DNA of 64,000 bases. Source: an uncultured Clostridia bacterium. Lineage in GTDB: Bacteria; Bacillota; Clostridia; TANB77; CAG-508. Below, piece by piece: positions 59,598-64,000 of the stretch; position 1 is the stretch's first letter, and every line of letters starts with the position of its first letter. Made by a program: the position numbers and the translations under genes. Where the stretch lies: the NCBI GenBank assembly GCA_934167305.1, contig CAKPKQ010000004.1, positions 3,255 through 67,254 on the forward strand, written 5' to 3'. The notes under the pieces are model-generated. The model saw only the letters and a list, made by a program, of their open reading frames with translations. It was not told where the DNA came from and searched no databases.

Positions 59598-60043
59598 GAA
59601 ATTATAATATGAAATCAGAAAAAGGTGTTACATTAACTGCATTAGTTATATATGTTGTTGTGGCAACTGTTGTAATAGGTGCATTAGCTATAATAAGCTC
59701 ATATTTTTATTCAAATATGGGGTATGTAAAAGACCAAACTGAATATGTATCTGAATACAACAAATTTAATATGTTTTTTATACAAGATGTAAAAAACAAT
59801 AAAACTGCAGAAGTTACAGATTATAAAATAACTTTTGAAGATGGAACAGTATATGAATATAAACTAAAAGCGATATACCGTAATGATGAAGAAATTGCAA
59901 CAAAAATAGAAGATGCTTTATTTACATCAGATACCTATACAGTTAATAATACTACTAAAAATTTAATAGGTGTAAGTTTACAAGTTGGAACTGAAAAAAA
60001 ATTATATGAAAAGAAAATAGAATATGTATTAAAATACTGGTAA
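59594..60043 (+). CDS. Minor pilin / pseudopilin
   Basis: KG/VTLTALVIYVVVATVVIGA prepilin-type N-terminus; 4-nt overlap with the preceding gene. Confidence 0.6.
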   Translation: MRNYNMKSEKGVTLTALVIYVVVATVVIGALAIISSYFYSNMGYVKDQTEYVSEYNKFNMFFIQDVKNNKTAEVTDYKITFEDGTVYEYKLKAIYRNDEEIATKIEDALFTSDTYTVNNTTKNLIGVSLQVGTEKKLYEKKIEYVLKYW

Positions 60044-60134
60044 TTTATTGTAAATAACAAAAAAATATATATATTTGAAAGTTTTCATAGTATAATAAAT
60101 ATGAACAAATGAAAAGGTGAAAGGAGAATTGCAA

Positions 60135-61757
60135 ATGGAAAAAAGACAACCAATGGGGATTGAACTTGTTAAAAGAGGAATTGTAACAGAAGATGACATT
60201 GAAAAAGCATTAGATTATCAAAAAACTCATTCTAACAAGAAAATAGGAGACATTTTAAATATTTTAGGATTATGTGATCCAAATATATTAGTAAATGCAG
60301 TAGGTGAAATATTAGGTGAAAAAGCAATTTACTTACTTGAAAAAGATATTAGAGTTGACGTGTTAGAGTATGTTTCTTTAGATCTAGTAAAACAAAATAA
60401 AGCTGTACCTTTTGAAATTGGCTCAGGAAAAATTAAGGTTTGTTTTGCAGATACATCAAATAGAAGATCTATAGAAGTTATTAGACTTTTGTTATTAAAT
60501 AAAGGTTTAGTAATGGAGAAATACATAACTTTTGAAAGTAATATTGAAAAAATAATTGATTCATTGGAAGGTAATACTTCAGGAGATATTGATACAAGTG
60601 CAGATATTTCAGGACTTGTAGATAGTATTATAAAAGCTGCAATGGAAAAAAGAGCAAGTGATATACATATAGAGCCACTTGAAAAAATGGTAAGAGTTAG
60701 ATATAGAATAGATGGACAACTTGTTACAGCAGCACAGATTGATAAAGAAAAACAAGCACAAATAATCGGAAGATTAAAAGCAATTTCAAATATGCATCAA
60801 GAAAAACAAGAGTCACAAGATGGTAGAATACTTAGCTACCCAGATTATAATATTCGTGTATCTTCACAGAAAAACGTATATGGAGAAAAATTTGTACTTA
60901 GATTATTAAAAAAGAATGCTGACATTCATCAAATTTTTGAATTAGGATTCCCAGATGATGAAGATCTTGTTAATAAAAGTTTTAATAAAAGAAACAGTAT
61001 TACAATTGTAGCTGCACCTACTGGAGAAGGTAAAACAACTACATTATATAGTATTATTGATTACTTAAATAGACCTCAAATAAATATTACAACAATTGAG
61101 GACCCAGTTGAAATTAGAATAGATGGATTAAATCAAATTGAAGTTGATGCAAAATCTGACTTTTCTAGCTCATTAAGAACTGTTTTAAGACAAGACCCTG
61201 ATATTATACTTGTAGGAGAGATTCGTGATAGAGAAACAGCTGAAATAGCTATGCAAGCTGGACAAACAGGTCACTATGTATTATCAACAATACATACAAT
61301 TGATAGTATAGAGGTAATAACAAGACTTAGAAAAATGGGAATATCAAATTATGATATTTCAAGTATTTTAGCAACATCTGTATCTCAAAGATTAGTAAGA
61401 AAAATATGCCCATATTGTGCAAAGGAAAGAGAATTTACTGATCAAGAAAAAGATATAATGACTAAGATTGGAGCTAAATATAATGTTAAATTCGATTTTA
61501 AAGGTAAGAAAACATATGATGCAGTTGGATGTAAAAAATGCAACCAAAGTGGATACCTTGAAAGAATTGGTATATTTGAAGTATTAAATGTGGAAGATGA
61601 AATTAGAGATTTGATTTCACGTGATGGTTCAAGTATGGACATTAGAAGAAAAGCTTTAGAATTAGGTTATAAACCATTAGTAATAGATGGAATTAGCAAA
61701 GTTCTAAAAGGAATTACAACTTTAGATGAAATAAATAATAAATTAATCATTTATTAA
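60135..61757 (+). CDS. pilB: Type IV pilus assembly ATPase PilB (GspE family)
   Basis: N-terminal T2SSE_N-like domain, Walker A APTGEGKTT, Asp/His boxes, tetracysteine CPYC...CKKC. The ATG at 60135 follows an AAAGGAG RBS. Confidence 0.9.
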   Translation: MEKRQPMGIELVKRGIVTEDDIEKALDYQKTHSNKKIGDILNILGLCDPNILVNAVGEILGEKAIYLLEKDIRVDVLEYVSLDLVKQNKAVPFEIGSGKIKVCFADTSNRRSIEVIRLLLLNKGLVMEKYITFESNIEKIIDSLEGNTSGDIDTSADISGLVDSIIKAAMEKRASDIHIEPLEKMVRVRYRIDGQLVTAAQIDKEKQAQIIGRLKAISNMHQEKQESQDGRILSYPDYNIRVSSQKNVYGEKFVLRLLKKNADIHQIFELGFPDDEDLVNKSFNKRNSITIVAAPTGEGKTTTLYSIIDYLNRPQINITTIEDPVEIRIDGLNQIEVDAKSDFSSSLRTVLRQDPDIILVGEIRDRETAEIAMQAGQTGHYVLSTIHTIDSIEVITRLRKMGISNYDISSILATSVSQRLVRKICPYCAKEREFTDQEKDIMTKIGAKYNVKFDFKGKKTYDAVGCKKCNQSGYLERIGIFEVLNVEDEIRDLISRDGSSMDIRRKALELGYKPLVIDGISKVLKGITTLDEINNKLIIY

Positions 61758-61781
61758 AGAATAAACATAGGAGGAAATATC

Positions 61782-62909
61782 ATGATTGATATAGAAAAAG
61801 TTTTAAGTCTAGCAATAGAAAAAGATGCATCAGATATACATTTAATTTCAGGAATTAAGCCATGCTTAAGAATAAGAAGAGACCTAATAGAAGAAGATAC
61901 ATTTGAACCTTTAACAGATGAGGATATGTTTGAAATATATGATTATTTTGTAAGAGGAAATGTAGAAAAAGATGAAGTATTTAAAAAAGATAAAAGGCTA
62001 GATTCTTCATATGAATTTGGTGAAACAAGAATAAGGGTTAACATTTCAGTTGCAGATGATGTTCCTATATTTGTACTTAGATTAATAAAAAGTAAATTAC
62101 CAAAATATGAAGACTTAGGAGTTCCAGACATTGTTAGAAGGATGATGAGTCAACCACAAGGGCTAATTCTTGTAACAGGAAAAACAAACTCTGGTAAAAC
62201 AACTACTTTAAATGCTTTAATAAATGAAGTAAATGAAACACAAAACAAAAAAATACTATCACTTGAAAGCCCAGTTGAGTACAAGCACAAATCAAAAAAA
62301 TCTATCATTGTTCAAAAAGAAGTAGGAGTTGGTAGAGACTGCCCAGACTATAGTGGCGGTGTAAAAAACTGCTTAAGAGAGGATTGCGATATCTTAATTA
62401 TAGGAGAGATTCGTGATAGAGAAACAATGGAAGCAGCAATTGAAACTGCTGAATCAGGACACTTAGTAATAGGAACATTACATACTAAATCTTGTGCAGA
62501 AACTATAGATAGAATGATAAACTTTTATGACATAAGAGATCAACAAACTATTAAATACTTAATAGCATCTTTATTAAAGCTTGTTGTTTCTCAAAGATTA
62601 TTAAAAGGAAGAAACAATTCACTTGTTTTAGTACCAGAAGTAATGGTTGTAGATAATACTATAGCAGGTGTTATAAGAAAAGAAAAATTAGGAGTTTCTG
62701 AAATTGAGGATGCTATACAAAGTGGAGCTGATAAAGGAAGTATAGGATTAATAAATTCTTTAGCTCAATTATTTGTAGATGATAAAATATCATTAGATCA
62801 AGCTAAAGCTCAAATTGAAGAGAAAAATATTGAAACTTTAAACAGAACTATTATGCAATTAAAAATTAAAAGAGACAATGAAAGTAAAAGGGCCAATATG
62901 ATGGATTAA
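61782..62909 (+). CDS. pilT: Twitching-motility-type retraction ATPase PilT
   Basis: ASDIHL, Walker A GKTNSGKTTT, GEIRDRET and TLHT motifs; 375 aa. Confidence 0.88.
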   Translation: MIDIEKVLSLAIEKDASDIHLISGIKPCLRIRRDLIEEDTFEPLTDEDMFEIYDYFVRGNVEKDEVFKKDKRLDSSYEFGETRIRVNISVADDVPIFVLRLIKSKLPKYEDLGVPDIVRRMMSQPQGLILVTGKTNSGKTTTLNALINEVNETQNKKILSLESPVEYKHKSKKSIIVQKEVGVGRDCPDYSGGVKNCLREDCDILIIGEIRDRETMEAAIETAESGHLVIGTLHTKSCAETIDRMINFYDIRDQQTIKYLIASLLKLVVSQRLLKGRNNSLVLVPEVMVVDNTIAGVIRKEKLGVSEIEDAIQSGADKGSIGLINSLAQLFVDDKISLDQAKAQIEEKNIETLNRTIMQLKIKRDNESKRANMMD

Positions 62910-62933
62910 TAAAAAAGTAAGGGAGGAGAAAAG

Positions 62934-64000
62934 GTGCCAGAATATGTATACAGAGCTGTTACTAAAAGAGGACAGATTGTACGTAATAAGGTTGAAGAAA
63001 GCAGTAAAAACAATTTAATAAAAAAGTTAAAAGCAAATGATATAATGCCAATTGAAATTGTTCAAGTAAGTTACTCAAGTAATAAAAATACAAAAGTGCC
63101 AAAGAAAAACATTATAGACATAGATGACATTATGAAAACAGCCAATTCAGCTAACGTATTGCAAGGCAGAGAAGAGTACAGACCAAGCCTTAGAGAAAAA
63201 ATCAACCTAGTTTTAGCAGCAGGACAAAAAATTACAATAAGAGATGTTATTATATTTACTCAAAACTTTTACCTATTAAAAAGAGCAAATTTTAATAACA
63301 TTCATGCATTATCAACTATTATTAACAGTACAGATAACTTATCTTTTAAAGGTGTTTTACAAGATATTTTAGCTGGAGTTGAAAATGGAGAATATATGTA
63401 TACAACAATGGAATACTATTCTAATATATTTCCATATGTATACATAAACATGGTAAGAGTAGGCGAGCTTTCTGGATCTCTTACTAGTTCATTAGAACAA
63501 GCTGTTGAGTATCTTGAAGACTCGACAACAAGAAGTAAAAAAATAAAAAGTATTTTAATACCTAACTTAGCGCAATTTATTGGTATCCTTATATTATTAA
63601 TTGCAGGTACAATATTCATGCTACCAGAAATTCAAAAAGTATTTAGCTCAATTGGAAAGGGTGTTAAATTACCAGATCCAACATTAAAGTTTATGGCATT
63701 TGTAGATTGGTTAGCGGCATTTTGGTACATACCAGTAGGAATTATAGCTGTAGCAACATTAATTGTTATGGCATACATAAATACCCCAAAGGGAAAATAC
63801 AACTGGCATTATTTTAAATATAAAGCACCAATATTTGGAAGGCTAGTATTTGGAATTGACTTTTCAAGATTAATGAAAGCGATGCTTTTAAACTTAAAAA
63901 ATGGCATGAGAATTCAAGAGTCTTTGGAAGTTAGTAAAACTGTTGTAAAAAACTATGTTATGCTTTCAATTATAGAAACATCTATAAACAATATTTTAAT
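62934..64000 (+). CDS. pilC: Type IV pilus platform protein PilC (GspF family), 3'-partial; not in the ORF track
   Basis: GTG start 5 nt after a GGGAGGAG RBS, frame open to the window end. T2SSF-type segments (FTQNFYLLKRANFN, MVRVGELSGSLTSSLEQAVEYLE). Confidence 0.85.
   Translation, partial: MPEYVYRAVTKRGQIVRNKVEESSKNNLIKKLKANDIMPIEIVQVSYSSNKNTKVPKKNIIDIDDIMKTANSANVLQGREEYRPSLREKINLVLAAGQKITIRDVIIFTQNFYLLKRANFNNIHALSTIINSTDNLSFKGVLQDILAGVENGEYMYTTMEYYSNIFPYVYINMVRVGELSGSLTSSLEQAVEYLEDSTTRSKKIKSILIPNLAQFIGILILLIAGTIFMLPEIQKVFSSIGKGVKLPDPTLKFMAFVDWLAAFWYIPVGIIAVATLIVMAYINTPKGKYNWHYFKYKAPIFGRLVFGIDFSRLMKAMLLNLKNGMRIQESLEVSKTVVKNYVMLSIIETSINNIL

Noticed and set aside
1-64000. CRISPR arrays, rRNA genes, IS elements/transposases, integrases, additional tRNAs
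   Set aside because: I looked for spaced direct repeats, rRNA-like conserved blocks, DDE/serine/tyrosine recombinase-like ORFs and GGTTCGA(A/T)TCC-type T-arms on both strands. Only the single tRNA-Leu was found.

Overview
This is a 64-kb chromosomal window from a low-G+C, Firmicutes-type genome (Clostridia-like gene content). The taxon cannot be fixed from this window alone.

Most of the window is housekeeping:
- an OmpR/histidine-kinase pair
- rpoB-rpoC, detached from the usual ribosomal-protein neighbours
- a ComEC-like MBL hydrolase with a DUF3006-type partner
- gdpP-rplI-dnaB, tilS-ftsH
- a class B PBP with PASTA domains, an HD-GYP protein, rnhB, pdp
- an LPXTG surface protein, rpsB-tsf, two pseudouridine synthases
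- a MurJ/SpoVB-type flippase, HU, alr plus an ATP-grasp ligase, ppa, uppP
- one tRNA-Leu(UAA)

The 3' end (54.9-64 kb) is a type IV pilus cluster: pilM/N fusion, pilO, major pilin, pilD, two minor pilins, pilB, pilT and a partial pilC. Two more pilin-like genes are scattered elsewhere.

The most interesting region is a minus-strand operon at 36.7-42.2 kb. A T4SS coupling-protein-like membrane ATPase is followed by a 58-aa Tyr/Asp/His-rich ORF that is below the ORF-track cutoff (39664-39840). Next come a radical SAM/SPASM enzyme, an HPr-kinase-like P-loop protein and an APH-fold kinase. The canonical 7-Cys SPASM motif of the radical SAM enzyme is restored only by reading across a 1-nt frameshift. 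I read this as a candidate, possibly undescribed, RiPP-type peptide-modification cassette. A convergent replication-relaxation-family gene sits at its other end.

Other notable items:
- a pilin-like gene whose C-terminal dockerin-type double EF-hand is split by a frameshift
- pilins that lack the canonical Glu+5
- a palindromic repeat family flanking dnaB
- a variable region beside the tRNA-Leu that holds a Fic-gene remnant and an uncharacterised three-gene operon with an atypical kinase

I saw no rRNA genes, CRISPR arrays, transposases or integrases.
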